From positions 26,226,001-26,290,000 of the forward strand of contig NC_043015.1 in the NCBI RefSeq assembly GCF_006345805.1: a stretch of DNA of 64,000 nucleotides, given 5' to 3'. The position numbers and the translations under genes are program-made. This document shows, piece by piece, positions 38,884 through 51,919 of the stretch. The notes under the pieces were generated by a model. That model had not been told where the DNA came from, ran no database searches, and worked only from the letters and a program-made list of their open reading frames with translations. Origin of the DNA: Octopus sinensis. Lineage: Eukaryota. Each line of letters opens with the position of its first letter. The stretch's first letter is position 1.

Positions 38884-41484
38884 TTATTCATTTAAAATAT
38901 TTAGAGTCTTCAATTTAGCGTGGACACAAACTTGACCTACTTCAATATGGTTATTTAACAAACCTCTATTTTTTCTATGCCTTAGAATTTCATAGGTCTC
39001 CATGGAGCAGAGTTGGCAACCAACCCTGTTATTTTTATACGGCATTGCTCTCCTAACTATTTCCCAATTAAGGTTATAATTCCTGTTATTATTTTTGAGT
39101 TCCCAGATCTTACTTGAAAGTGTGGTGGTACCAGCTTTATGACGTAATTTAAAAGATGAGACGTGATTTCTAACTCTGTCTCTAAAATTTATCGTATAAC
39201 CAATGTAAAAAAAAATTGTTATTCTCAGTAGATATGGTACATTTATAGATTACGTTATTTTCCCCGCATAGACCAGGTGCCGGGCATTTTGACTTAATTC
39301 TACACTTACACGCAGGAGGAACAACTTCAGATGTTGGATTATTCATGGGTAGATGTCTTATGTTCCTGTTATTTTGATTATCATGAGTATAATTATCTTT
39401 ATTATTATTATTTTTATAGTTGGTGCTGTTATCTAAAGCATTGTTATTATTTATTGATCCTTCTGCTCCATCTTTTAGGTCTAAAATCCTACCATGATTA
39501 TTTACATTATTGGTAATGTTACTATTATTGCTAGTATTTTTATCTGACTGTATATTGTTGTTATAGATATCACTGATATTTTCATTCTCTGTATTTTCTC
39601 TATTAGCCTTACTTCTATGATTAACATTATTACTTCTATTAATATCGATATTATTATTACTTCTATTAATGTTAATATTATTATTAGTCATTCTGTGGTT
39701 ACTGATTCCATCCATGTTTTGATATTTACTATTGTTGCGTTTATTGTTGGTAGTATTATTATAATTGTTATTGGTATTCATGTTGGTATTATTATTTTTA
39801 TTTCTATCTTTCCTGGCTAGCTTAATGTTGTTATTATTAATCTTAGCTATTAAAGTGGACATATTTGGGAGGGTTGAATAAGAAATCCTAACTGTTTTCT
39901 TAGAAATAATTCTATGATATCTATGAGAGATTGGGAAATTTTTTCTAGAATTACTTTGAATTTGCTCTGTATATCCGATTGAATCGCACAGTTGAAAGGA
40001 ATATTCAGCCATATTATATCCTTCTTATTAAATTTCCTTGAATTGTAATCAGGGTTCGTAGAAATATTACTATTCATCTCACCAGAGTCATTGTATTTAT
40101 TACCATTATTTGTGTGCATCTTTGATTTATCTAATTCGATTTTATCCGAGTTACCTATGCTTTGGTCTATTCTTCTATTTGAATTATTGGGCTTGTACGC
40201 TAGATTTGCGGTTACCGTGAATCTACTTCTACTTCTATTTCGGGCCTGGTCTATATTGCTGCTTACGTGATTACTGATAACTTCTTTATTAGGAATATGT
40301 AAGTTCCCCTTATCAATGAATGTAATCTTTTGGTTGTATCCTGCCTTAGTTAACGCCGCATTATAATGTTCAGAATGAGAGTTAAATATATCCTTATTGG
40401 ATGATAATTTTGAAATTCTTAATGAAATATTTCTGACTAAAGATTCAATTATATTTGGGGGATGATTGGATAATTTATTTACGTATCTCGTGATTTCGCC
40501 TTCTTTTCTAAATGGGTAATGCAGCTTGGAGTTAAGGTCTAACGTAATATCTAGGAAGTTAACTATTTTAGTGCCAGGTTCATACGTTATGCTGAGGTTG
40601 AAATCCTTAAAGAACTTATTAATTTTCTTTCTAATCCTTTCTATACTAGATTTATTATTACTAGGGATAACAAACAGAGCATCATCCCTATATAAACCAC
40701 CTTGTAGTTCCGGGATATCCTTACTTATGCATTTTAATAGATACGCGCCTACTAGGTTAGTCACCTCAGCCGAATCACCGAATCAGCCGATATACCCATG
40801 GGTATATCAAAATAATTAGGTGTCTCTGCTCTAGTCCATAACTTATCTTCAAATTCTATAAATGTTTTTCTAGCTAGTAGCACAATATTGATTTCCTCTC
40901 TAGATATGAGGGAGCGATTCATAGCAAATATTAGTGATTTGTTTAGCAAGATAGGGGAAATACTAGAGTAATAACTATTTATATCGAACTGAATAAAGGA
41001 CAGACTACTAGTATTAGTTAGAGAGTTAAACCATTTTAGAACTTCATCTGTATTTAGCCATAGGCTTAAGGGAAGAAAAGGGGTTATTTGGGGTAGAACA
41101 GTATCAAGTATAGATTTACTAAGTCGGCCAATGTCCGACTTAGTTGGACAAATCAGCCTTACCGAAGGGTTTTTCCAAGAAGTTCCTTTTGTGGTCTTTA
41201 AGGTTGATTCTAGGCTCACACGGTTTAAGCGGCTCTGTTCTATCCGTCAAATTTAATTTCTCCATAATCTCTTTCATTTCCAGGTTTACTTTTTTCAAAT
41301 TATTCCTAGTCGTAATTTTATATTTGGAGTTTAGTTCCTTCTTAATTAATTTGCTATAAAGAGTGTAATCTACTCTATACATATTACCAGTTTTATCCGC
41401 TGGTACTAAGATTCCATGTTTGCACCGGGTTGAATGAATAAAGTTCCTAAGGTGTCTAAGGTGCATCCAAGTTAAGTACCGCAT
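38884..41484 (-). pseudogene. Penelope-like RT + GIY-YIG endonuclease ORF, frameshifted
   Basis: ORF pieces 41140-41484, 40761-41219, 39850-40764 and 39182-40012. Correcting one extra T at ~39210 gives NFFYIGYTINFRDRVRNHVSSF...LSSKIWELK..WEIV..CQLCSME..LLN..CVH, with a stop at 38884-38886. Confidence 0.88.
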
Positions 41485-41540
41485 TCAAGTAAATTCATTA
41501 GAATTGACTTGAATCTTAATTGCTTTTATTGTATATATAT

Positions 41541-41606
<66 letters not shown>

Positions 41607-41849
41607 GTGTGTGTGTGTGTGTATTCATATTACTGTGAACACATATGCCGGCGTAAGTGGGCAGTCATAAACAAAATGGCTGCTGGGTTTCCATCTTAGA
41701 TTACAGTGAAACAAAGAGTGAGAATTAAAGGTATCTTTAAATATATCAGAATTGAATCCCGACTACAGTTTTTTTCAAATCAAAATCTGTATAACAACTT
41801 GCAGGTATATTATTTGATTCTTTCGATTTAAATGTGAAACAGTTCCTGA

Positions 41850-42166
41850 AAAACCCTTTTCGTATTGCTGACACTCTGTGACCACGACGATGTTTCCAGT
41901 TGATCCAATCAACGCAACAGCCTGCTAACGTGGAAGTGGCCGAGTAGTCTACAGACATGCATACTGTTAATGTAGTTCTCAAACAGATTCAGCGTGACAA
42001 GGCTGGCTCTTTCATATACAGATACTATTCATTTTTGCCAGCTGAGTGAACTGGAGCAACGTGAAATAAAGTGTATTGCACAGAGACACACACGTAGCAA
42101 GGAATTGAACTTACGAGCTTACGATCGTGAGCCGATACCCCTAACCACTAAGCTAAGCGCCTTCAC
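41850..42166 (-). mobile_element. degenerate tRNA-headed SINE
   Basis: Minus-strand head tagcttagtggttag (A box) and agttcaattcc (B box), then ccagttcactcagctg..aaatga. A related relic lies at ~60595-60730 (+). Confidence 0.65.
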
Positions 42167-42339
42167 TAATTTTCACATATTTATATTTTCATATGTGTGT
42201 ATGTGTGTGCGTGCGTTTGTGTGTGTGCGTATGTAGAAGTTTATTTACACACATATTTGGTATGTACCTACTTTTTAATATATAAGCATATATGCACATA
42301 TTTATTTATATATGCATGTATACAATATATATATATTTG

Positions 42340-42382
<43 letters not shown>

Positions 42383-42383
<1 letters not shown>

Positions 42384-42551
42384 TTGGTTGCCTTTCATAG
42401 CCGACGTGAATGCAACGCATCTCTTGGCTGCGATATTTGAAACTCCGAATACTATACTAACAACCTTTTACTGTTTGCTGTATATCTCTGTTTCTCTAAT
42501 ATAAGAGGTTTCATTCCTTTGTTATTACTTTTTATTATTGTTGTACGTATT

Positions 42552-42590
<39 letters not shown>

Positions 42591-42804
42591 ATATACATGC
42601 ATATACATATGTACAACAATATATACATACATATACGTATGTACAACAATAATAAAAAGTAATAACAAAGGAATGAAACCTCTTATATTAGAGAAACAGA
42701 GATATACAGCAAAGTGTAAAAGGTTGTTAGTATAGTATTCGGAGTTTCAAATATCGCAGCCAAGAGATGCGTTGCATTCACGTCGGCTATGAAAGGCAAC
42801 CAAC
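42383..42804. repeat. near-perfect ~164-bp inverted repeat around a TA-rich spacer
   Basis: 42383-42546 is the reverse complement of 42641-42804, with only a couple of mismatches. Confidence 0.9.
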
Positions 42805-43259
42805 GCTATGAAAAGCCGCTGAATAAAAGGGAAGTAACTCTAAGAGGTGGGGAAAAATATACGCAATTATGTTCTCACAATATGTAGTCATAAAGCCTCC
42901 TGCGTTTACAACGTCTACATACGTATACACACAAACCTGTACATGTACATACACACGCACACAAAAATATGTATATATGTACAAACAATTATATATTACC
43001 GCCGCAAGGTAAAAAAAATAAAACAAGTCACCAGGCCAGAAACAGAATTGTCAAACACGAAAAAGGAAAAACAAAAGAGTAAAAAGCAAAACCAAGTTAT
43101 GTTAAGCAATAAACACCTCGGTGCAATGAGCAGCTCAATTTACTTTTTTGTGTTTGACTTTTCCATTCCTCGTCTGGTGACTCGTTGGATGTTTATACCT
43201 TGCGGTGATGTAAACTTGGTGCTGAAAATTTCGGCCTGATGACCAGCTAGCTGAGGAGA

Positions 43260-44130
43260 GTTCGTTGCGTCAGCCTTAAGAAATTCACTTCACCTAGTTG
43301 AAAAACATAAGTAGCTAATACACAACCCTTCGCACCCCTTATAAATTTCGGATCTATACTCGATTTCTTAGCAACACCTCGAGAACAAAGGTTCTCTCAA
43401 CGTACATATCTCCCTCCACCAAGATTACTATTCATCTTGATGTAAAAGCTGTGGAAGAGTTTAAGGAGTACATATACTTTCGATCCACCTTTACCACCGT
43501 TGACCAAGGGAAGAACGTGATCTCCTTTTGGATCAATCGCGCGCGGTCGGCCTTCAGCTGTTTCCATAAGAGCTTGTTGTCGTGTCGGGAAATCAGCATC
43601 GCGATGAAATGCCGTATTTACCATGTACTTATCCAAACGGTTCTCCTCTATGTTTGTGAGATACGGCCAATGTATGTTGCTGATCTCCTGAAGCCTCTGT
43701 ATTCCTCATTGCCGACTACGTATCTCACACTACGTTTAGAACCGACAATTTACGCTTGATGCAGTGTCACATCTGTTGAGAGGACACTTCTGACCAGGAG
43801 ACTATGGTGTTTTATTCACACGTTGCAGCGCCCCAATGGCGGTCTTATCCGGAAGGCAATAACAATAGATTCTCTCCCGGGTTGGCGTAGGCGGAGAGTT
43901 GGTCAGCTGAAGATGTGCCTCATGACAATCAAAGCAGATATGGAAGCTTGTTTCTGGCCCTCGAGTCTCTGGCGTTCGTCGCTGGAACCGGGAACAGCTT
44001 CAACATGCTGCAGAATCAGTCGCCGATAGACGTGCATGGACCGCCTTGAGCTATGACGCGATGACCACAATAGGAGTCGACTTCACCACTCTCGAATGGA
44101 TGCCTTTTTTAGACAAGACAAGAAGACAAT
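43260..44130 (+). mobile_element. RTE-clade LINE 3' fragment
   Basis: VEEF..Y..S, INRARSAF..LLSCREISIAMKCRIYHVLIQTVLLYVCE and GWRRRRVGQLK. (ACAAG)n tail. Confidence 0.8.
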
Positions 44131-44367
44131 GTTAGTTGCTAAGTGCGAGAAATAATCGACTTATCGAAATTCCTCGCAACTTCGATATGAGAAACAAGTG
44201 TGTAACTTACGACATTGATCAATTTTCATTTTCCCGAATACTGTCCTCTATACTAGCCGCAAATAGCATGAAGCTAAGTTATTTCCTACACCCGGATTAA
44301 CTAGATTATAGTCAGCTGTACATACATACATACAAACAAAAAACAAAGAAAGAAACAAACAAACAAT

Positions 44368-44641
44368 GAATGAGGGAAACGGAAAATGGAGTTAGCAAGA
44401 ACCTTTTTTATTCAACACAACACCTTGTGTTGTATATACCAGTGCAGGCTGCATCTCGTCTGGTGTCTCGTTTTGACATGTCAATCGAATCTCAGTATAT
44501 GTAACGTAATGTCTTACTTAAAACGAAACACAACTATCTAGACAATATACAGCCAGTAAGGGACAGCTGGAGGATGGGCCTAAAGGAACGTTTTGTTGAA
44601 TAAAGATTCTTGCTAACTCCATTTTTCGTTTCCCCTCATTC
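44368..44641. mobile_element. ~50-bp terminal inverted repeat element, probable Penelope-like pLTR relic
   Basis: gaatgagggaaacggaaaatggagttagcaagaa..ttattcaaca versus tgttgaataaagattcttgctaactccatttttcgtttcccctcattc. Confidence 0.5.
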
Positions 44642-44904
44642 TTTATAAACTCAACGAATACTGCGCAATTCCTGGCGTAGATTCAGTGACAATTATATCA
44701 TAACTGCAGATGACATCAAGTAGCCAAAATGGTGAAAGTGCTTTAATCGACATACTACTAAACATATACACTAATTCCAAATAATTACTTACATATACAT
44801 ATATATAGATAGGAAAATTATTCCATTCAAAAAACGCAGGCCAATGCTAATAATATTGAATGAAGAGGATAAACTATCCTCATTTTGCAGAAAAAAATCT
44901 GCCT

Positions 44905-44976
44905 AGCCAGCCATGAGACGTGAACTCATATCCCTGTGATTACGTGTCATATGCTTTACCATTTAGCTAAACTGCC
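44905..44976 (-). tRNA. tRNA-Thr(CGT)-like gene or pseudogene
   Basis: GGCAGTT TA GCT AAATGGTAA AGC A TATGA CA CGT AA TCACA GGGAT ATGAG TTCACGT CTCAT GGCTGGC T folds as a cloverleaf. It has acceptor and anticodon-stem mismatches and A at position 33. A T7 run lies 7 nt downstream. Confidence 0.6.
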
Positions 44977-45228
44977 CCAAAGATAAAATATTGTGCAAAT
45001 TTAGGATATATAAATCTAGCTTTATAAGACACTGTCCTACGTTAAATTCAAAATATGGATAGTTTATCCTGTTCATGCAATATTATTAGCATTATTCTGC
45101 GTTTGAAAATAAAATTATTTCTTTATCTATATCTTTCAATACATCTAAACGCTTCTAAAGCAATCTTTGTTGACTTTCAACGTAAATCGAATTTAATACA
45201 CACACACATACACACAAACACACACAGA

Positions 45229-45312
<84 letters not shown>

Positions 45313-45320
45313 CGTATTTA

Positions 45321-45530
45321 TATGAAGCTGTGAAGGAAGCGGTGCATAAACGGTTGTCTGACCAATCGAAAACCTTCTTGTTGGAGGGAATATAAAAGCT
45401 TGTAGACCGCTCGACGAAGTGCATCGAAAAGGAAGGGGATTAAACAGAAAAATGACGTATTCTTTTATCCCCTGCTTTTGTGTAAATACACTTAAAAAAC
45501 AAGAGTGTGTATGATTTTTGACTCTCACAC

Positions 45531-45533
<3 letters not shown>
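45321..45533 (+). mobile_element. mariner 3' fragment with right TIR
   Basis: EAVKEAVHKRLSDQSKTFLLEGI*KLVDRSTKCIEKEGD*TEK* matches the mariner C-terminus. Ends tttttgactctcacacg|TA. Confidence 0.7.
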
Positions 45534-45573
<40 letters not shown>

Positions 45574-45574
<1 letters not shown>

Positions 45575-46816
45575 GAGGGGCGTTCAATAAGTAATGCTCC
45601 TGACCCACTTGCAGTTATTTGATCTAGCTGAAAGTTTGCATGTACAATTATTTATATCACTATAGAGTAAGTGGCAAATTACAGCTCTGAACTAATAGTG
45701 GTTTCTGATTTACAGGTGTTTGAACTGAGTGAAGTGTGAAATGGAGCCTGTTGAGTGTCGAGCAGTGATCCGGTTTTTGTATTTGAAAGGACGCTCACCA
45801 CGGGAGACTTTTGATGAAATGAAAGTAACTTATGGTGATGATGCCCCATCATATGACCTTGTAAAACGCTGGCATCGTGAATTCAAACATGGTTGGAACT
45901 CTGTGGAAACAGCTCCCAGATCTGGTCGCCCCCTTCTGCCAGTGATGAGGCATCTGTCCATCATGTTGAAGCTGCCATCATGGAAGATCGACGCATAACT
46001 ATTCGCCAAATAGCCCATGAGGTCAAGATTAGTACCGGGTCTGTGGAAACTATCATTCATGACCATTTGCATATGCAAAAGGTGTCTGCCAGATGGATTC
46101 CCAGGTTGCTCACATCTTTCCAGAAGCAATAACGTGTTGATTGCTCGAGGATGAATTTGGAGATGTGCCAATAAAATGAGTCAAAATTTTTCAAAAGACT
46201 GATTACACAGGATGAAACCTGGGTCCATCCCTATGATCCAGAGACCAAAGCCCAGTCAATGCAGTGGACACACCATGACTCACCTCCTCCAAAGAAGGCA
46301 AAGGTGCAGCCCTCTGCTGGCAAGGTCATGCTCACAGTCTTCTGGGACCAGGACGGAGTAGTGATGACAGATTTCCTGGCAAAGGGTGCCACAATTACAG
46401 GAGCCTATTATGCTTCACTTTTGAGGAAATTAAGAGAAGCTATCAAAATCAAGAGGCGGGGCAAGATCAGCAAAGGCATCCTCCTCCTGCAGGACAACGC
46501 TCCGGTTCACAACTCGCGTGTCGCCAGATCAGAAGCACAGGCGTGCGGCTATGAACTCCTCCGCCATCCCCCCTACTTTCCTCACCTTGCGCCCTCTGAT
46601 GTTCACCTCTTCCCAGCCATGAAGTTGTTTTTGAAAGGAAAGCGTTTCCCAGATGATGCAGCCTTGATTTCTGAAGTCACGTCGTGGTTGAAGGACCAAG
46701 CTGGGGTCTTCTACAAAAACGGTCTTCAGCGCTGCATCAAACGATGTGAGAAATGCGTAACTCTGAGTGGTTCCTATGTAGAAAAAGACTAATAACTGTG
46801 CGATGTTTCGTTGCTC
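45574..46816 (+). mobile_element. mariner (Tc1/mariner) DNA transposon, right TIR missing
   Basis: TA|CGAGGGGCGTTCAATAAGTAATGC left end lies in (TA)n. The transposase pseudogene follows. Confidence 0.9.
45741..46792 (+). pseudogene. mariner transposase pseudogene
   Basis: HTH region, PRSGRP, WIPRLL, ITQDETW, LLQDNAPVH and HPPYFPHLAPSD. Frameshift at ~45935 and stops at ~46130 and ~46172. Confidence 0.9.
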
Positions 46817-46824
46817 TACTGTTT

Positions 46825-47102
46825 CGTTGCTCGGGTTTGTAAAGGAAATAACTATAAAGCATTTTTAGAGAGTTACTTCCCTTATATTAAAAAAAATATG
46901 CATTAAAATGGAAAAAAATGATGGTAAATTATTTTTAAAATCGTAGACTCATAGTAGACGCGCGCTAATTCCCAGAAGGGCTTGATATGAATCACGACTA
47001 TAAGATACCCGGTTTTGGTTAAACTGCACCGCAAAATGTGGGAGTAGTTAGGAATCTAAATCGGAGTAGACAGACACACAACCTTTCTTTTATATATAAA
47101 GA
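46825..47102 (-). mobile_element. non-autonomous Helitron, 3' terminus lost
   Basis: Minus-strand start A|TCTTTATATATAAAA. The 3' part matches 53717-53975 (agcccttctggg..ttagcgcgcgtctac..gagtctacgattt..cccgagcaac). Confidence 0.7.
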
Positions 47103-49327
47103 TATATATATATATGATTGCTTACACTTTGTCTTAACTGAGTTGAATATGTTTCACTGAAGAGGTTTCAAGTTCCCAGTATAGTGTTTTTTGCCACATT
47201 TAAAGCACATATAGAATTCATTATCTTTTCTTTGACTGAGTTATGTTTGGTGATACAAGTTGTTCAGCAGAGGAGTATATTAGGTGCGGCAGAAGCAGGT
47301 GTATCAGTAATTTGTGTACACAATGACTTGTTTGTATGATATTTGTCATGAGTGTCACAATATTCAACTCTCGGTCTCATTCTCTTGCTCTGTCTATGTA
47401 TCGCTTCTTTGTCTTTCTCTCATTCGCTCTGGCTCCCCCTTTTTCTCTCTCTCTTTCCTTGTCTGTATTTATATATATGTGTGTACATGAATATTTATGT
47501 ATGCATAGAAAAACATATATGCATTCATGAACACATTTTATACATACATGCGTACATATATACATACATACACACACATATATATATGCATGCATGTATG
47601 TATGTATGTATATATGCATGTATGTATGTATGTGTTTGCCTGTGTGTGTCTGTGTCTGCATGTTTTGAAGAAACAGTTCAACAATGGTATTCAATGTTTC
47701 AATGACATCATCAGACTGATTATATTTTTAGCGATGGGGCGGAGACGCTTTATATATTTTTGTGGCTGTTCTTTTGTTGGTAGAATGTAGTAAATGGAGA
47801 TCATATGTGTAAGCAGAGATGAGGATCAATTTTGTTGGAAGAGAATGGAAACGGACCGGAAATAAGTAAGGTGTCACTCGAGGGAAGAAATATATTTGAG
47901 AGAGGTTTTCTGATGTCACGTGAGCTAGCCCCACATTCACTGATAACAGGTTGCAATAGGTCTTATGGCTCAAAGTTAAGATCGGTAGAGAATGTAATTA
48001 GTAGAGTAAAATGGAAATAAATCAGCAGACAGTAAGAGGAAAATACTGATTTATAATTCCACCACACAAAATTTCACGAATCTTCCGACTTTGGCAGGGA
48101 TTCCATGACAACTACGGCGGTAGACAAAGCACAAGACAAGAAAGAGACAGAGGAAGAGAAAGAAAGGGATTGTTCTATCGTCTAATGCACTCTCCATTTC
48201 TTTAAGACAGTAGTGCCTGATTTTTGAGAAACTTGACTGCCGATCACTCACCCACAAAGGGATACAGTCATTTGCTTACATTCCACCAAGTGTAAAAGCT
48301 TCAAGTGTTAGCATCTGCGGTGAAAATACTTCACACTTTCAGTCGCACGTTTCAATAACACTTTATAACAAATACTTAGGAATTCATAATTTTAATTTAA
48401 TGAAATCCTTTTCATAATATTAAATATTTGATAAAATATTAAAAACAACTTAAAAAGAATCCACCGAGTTGTTTTCAATTTATAATTTGTAGAAATGATG
48501 GCTGTCATTGTGTGTTTATAAAAGAATCTGAATGATTTTGACTCCATAACGGAATGAACGGATAAGATATGGAAACAACAGGGAATTGTCTGAAATATGA
48601 GGCTGACAACCTGATATCTTTTGCCGCGTTTGGTTGGAATAATGCACCGCGCACGCGCTCGTATGTAAACATTCACACACGCACGCATGCGCGCCTACAC
48701 GAACACGAGCATGTACTTATACATATGTTTCTTTGATCTGTTATCCATATATACATACAGACAGATATATATGTTTATATATGTGTGTATGCGTATGTAT
48801 GTGTTTATTATATATACACGTATACACGCGCATATATACATATTCATCTATGAATCTATTCATCCATATATGATTATATTATGCACACACACATATACAT
48901 ATATATATATATGAATATATATGTATGTATATGTGTGTCTGCATAATATAATCATATATGGATGAATAGATTCATAGATGAATATGTATATATGTGTATG
49001 TATATATATATATATATATTATATATATATATATACATACACACACACACATACATATACATATATATATATATATATGTATGTATATGTATGTGTGTGT
49101 GTGTATGTATATATATATATATATGTATATATATATGCGCGCGTGTACCTATACATAAACCCAGACATGCGCATTCATTTACATTCATGTGTGTGTGTGT
49201 GAAATGTAAACACTTTCTCTCTCTCTCTCTCTCTCTCCCTCTTTTCTCTGTGTGTTCGGCATATGTTTATATGCTCACATATACTTGTTTAGTAAATATA
49301 CTCCGACACACACGCAGACACACGCAG

Positions 49328-49361
<34 letters not shown>

Positions 49362-50304
49362 ACACACACAGACACACACACAGGCACGCACGCCCATTTG
49401 TGTGTATTACTCACTGAAATGGAAAGATATTCCCATATATGAACCATAAGGAAATAATGTATCTGTTATGAGGATTCAGTAGAAGATGGCGACGCCAACG
49501 GAAAAAAAAAACAAAAAATAAATAAGAAAAACCTTTAGAATTTAGATTTTCTTTGGGCTTTTTTTTTTGACAATATTTAAATAAACTGCAATAACTGAAG
49601 AAATACAAAGTCATTAAATAAATACATAAAAAGATGCTGTTTTACATGGAAAACATCGAAGAATTAACTCATAATGTGTTGGTGGATGAATTAGACTTTT
49701 TTTGTGTGTGTTTTAATTTTTCTTTTGTATTTCGTTTGTTCTTTTCCGAAAATTCTTTCCGTTGTAATCCGGCAATTAACATCATCACCACCACACAACA
49801 AACGAAAGCCTCTGCGACCAACACCACCTCCACCCCCATGCCAACGTCATCATCATCGTCGTCGTCGTTGTCATCATCATGATCATCCTCATCATAATCA
49901 CTATTGTCCAAGCAATCCACCACCGGTATCATCGCCATCGCCATTTCCATCAACACCACCACCACCACCACCACCACCACCACCGCCACCACCACCACCA
50001 CCACCACCACCACACTATCACCGAAATCAACATGACAGCACAGTGACTACTACTTCTACTACAGCTACTATCATCATCATCATCATCATCATCATAGTCG
50101 TGTCATATTGTCACTACAATCATCATCACCATCACTATCACCATCCCAAACGCCGTCATTGATATTCATTCTTATCGACATCACAGTAACGGTGGTGGAG
50201 GCGGCGGCAGCGGCGCTGATGGTGGCAGTCGTGGTGGCGGCGAGTTTTGTTCCGAATTTGTTTAATATTGCAGAAACAAAAGATAACGCATATATTTAAA
50301 CAGA

Positions 50305-50376
<72 letters not shown>

Positions 50377-51012
50377 AAGAGAGCGAGAATGAATGAATGA
50401 GAGAAAGAGGGGGGAGAGAAACACTCACGCTCGTTCACACACACACACAGACCATATTTGTCGTTGATATGAATCATCGGTCTAACTTAACCGGCCAATA
50501 TCGAGTGGACAACACTTCTCATAGGTTATTGACTATTGACCACGTAGAAACGGAAGAATTTGAACGGAAATGGTCATAAAGGATATAGTTATAGCATTTG
50601 TAGCATAGTTATCAAAAGGTTTCAGTGTCTATGGCTGTTGCTGGAGTGGTGACGAGATCGAGAGAATATGAGACGAACCTCAGTTCGGCAGTTTAGACGG
50701 GACGGATATGACGTAGCAACTTCTAGTTGCTGAACGAATCAGTTATATATAATATGTAGAAGAGAGTGAGAGAGATGGGGGAGAGGGGAGAGAAAGACAG
50801 AGGAGACAGAAAACGAGAAACAGAGAGAGAGAAAAAAGTGCAAGTATGTGAAAGAGTAGGTATTTGTACAATGAAAGTATACAAGCACCCAAACACACGG
50901 TCTCACACACATATATATTTATACATACACAGACATACATAAATAATCTATATATCTCTGTTTCTATCTGTCTGTCCGTCTGTCTGTCTCTCTCTGTCTC
51001 TGTCTCTTTCAC

Positions 51013-51099
<87 letters not shown>

Positions 51100-51768
51100 A
51101 AGTTAATCCAAACAAGAAAACAAAAACAAAAAAACAACAACGCAATGACGTGGAACAAATAAAGTATTATTGGACGCTCAGGAAAGAAGGGAAGAAGGAG
51201 GGTTTGACGTTTCTTCGTCGGAAACTTAGGAGAAGGAAAGATCCCGAGAAGGGAAGACAGGGGGAAAAATCGCTAGTGATACAGACGAGGTCACATACTA
51301 AAAGACGGAAGTAGTAAAATTAGAAGAATAATGTTTTTTAAAAGACAGGAGACTTATATCAAAGACTGTATGGTAAAGAAAGTGAGAGGGAGAATGTATG
51401 TGGGTGTAGTGTGTGTGGGTGTAGTGCGTGCGGGGAAGTCAGCGTGTGCGTGTGTGTGTGTATGTGTGCAATGATGACACGTGTGTGTGTGCGTGTGTGT
51501 GTGTGTGTATGGCGAACAACTGACAAGCAGGCTAGTAGTAAGAATTAAGGAGTGGTGTTTAGGGTCCAATCGCAGGTCAAAAACAAAGAGTTATGTGTGT
51601 GTGCGTGTATGTATATGTATCGTGTGTGTGTTTTGTTCGTAGTATGTGTGTGTGTATGTGTGTGTTTTTTCGTGTATGCGTGGAGTTTGGGTGTGTGGCG
51701 AGTAACTGTGCTTAACTTAGTGTATGTGTGCGTGTGTGCTTGTACGTGCGTGTGTGTGTATATATATG

Positions 51769-51809
<41 letters not shown>

Positions 51810-51854
51810 TAGACAGACAGACAGACAGATAGATAGATAGATAGATAGATAGAG

Positions 51855-51919
<65 letters not shown>

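Larger units (their letters stand above)
37433..41530 (-). mobile_element. Penelope-like retroelement (Naiad-type), 5'-truncated, between (TA)n tracts
   Basis: RT motifs ADKTGNMY, LKDHK.NF..KP.VRLICPTKSDIG, FIQFDINSYY, FDIPMG..DSAE, GLYRDD, VNFLDITLDL and SNHPP. Cys cluster CKCRIKSKC..C and GIY-YIG (VIY..YIG..F..R..NH). The ~1.45-kb 3' region contains a hammerhead. Confidence 0.9.

Noticed and set aside
38884-39320. Selenocysteine recoding, reported for some Naiad elements
   Set aside because: The conserved Cys positions I translated use TGT/TGC. No in-frame TGA was seen in this part of the reconstructed frame.
49704-50162. Pro/His-rich 152-aa ORF
   Set aside because: Built from (CAC)n/(CAT)n microsatellites, with no domain or splice support.
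51195-51230. Hammerhead on the minus strand (gtttccgacgaagaaacgtcaaac)
   Set aside because: Stem II is absent and the core is altered. At most a dead Penelope-like relic.
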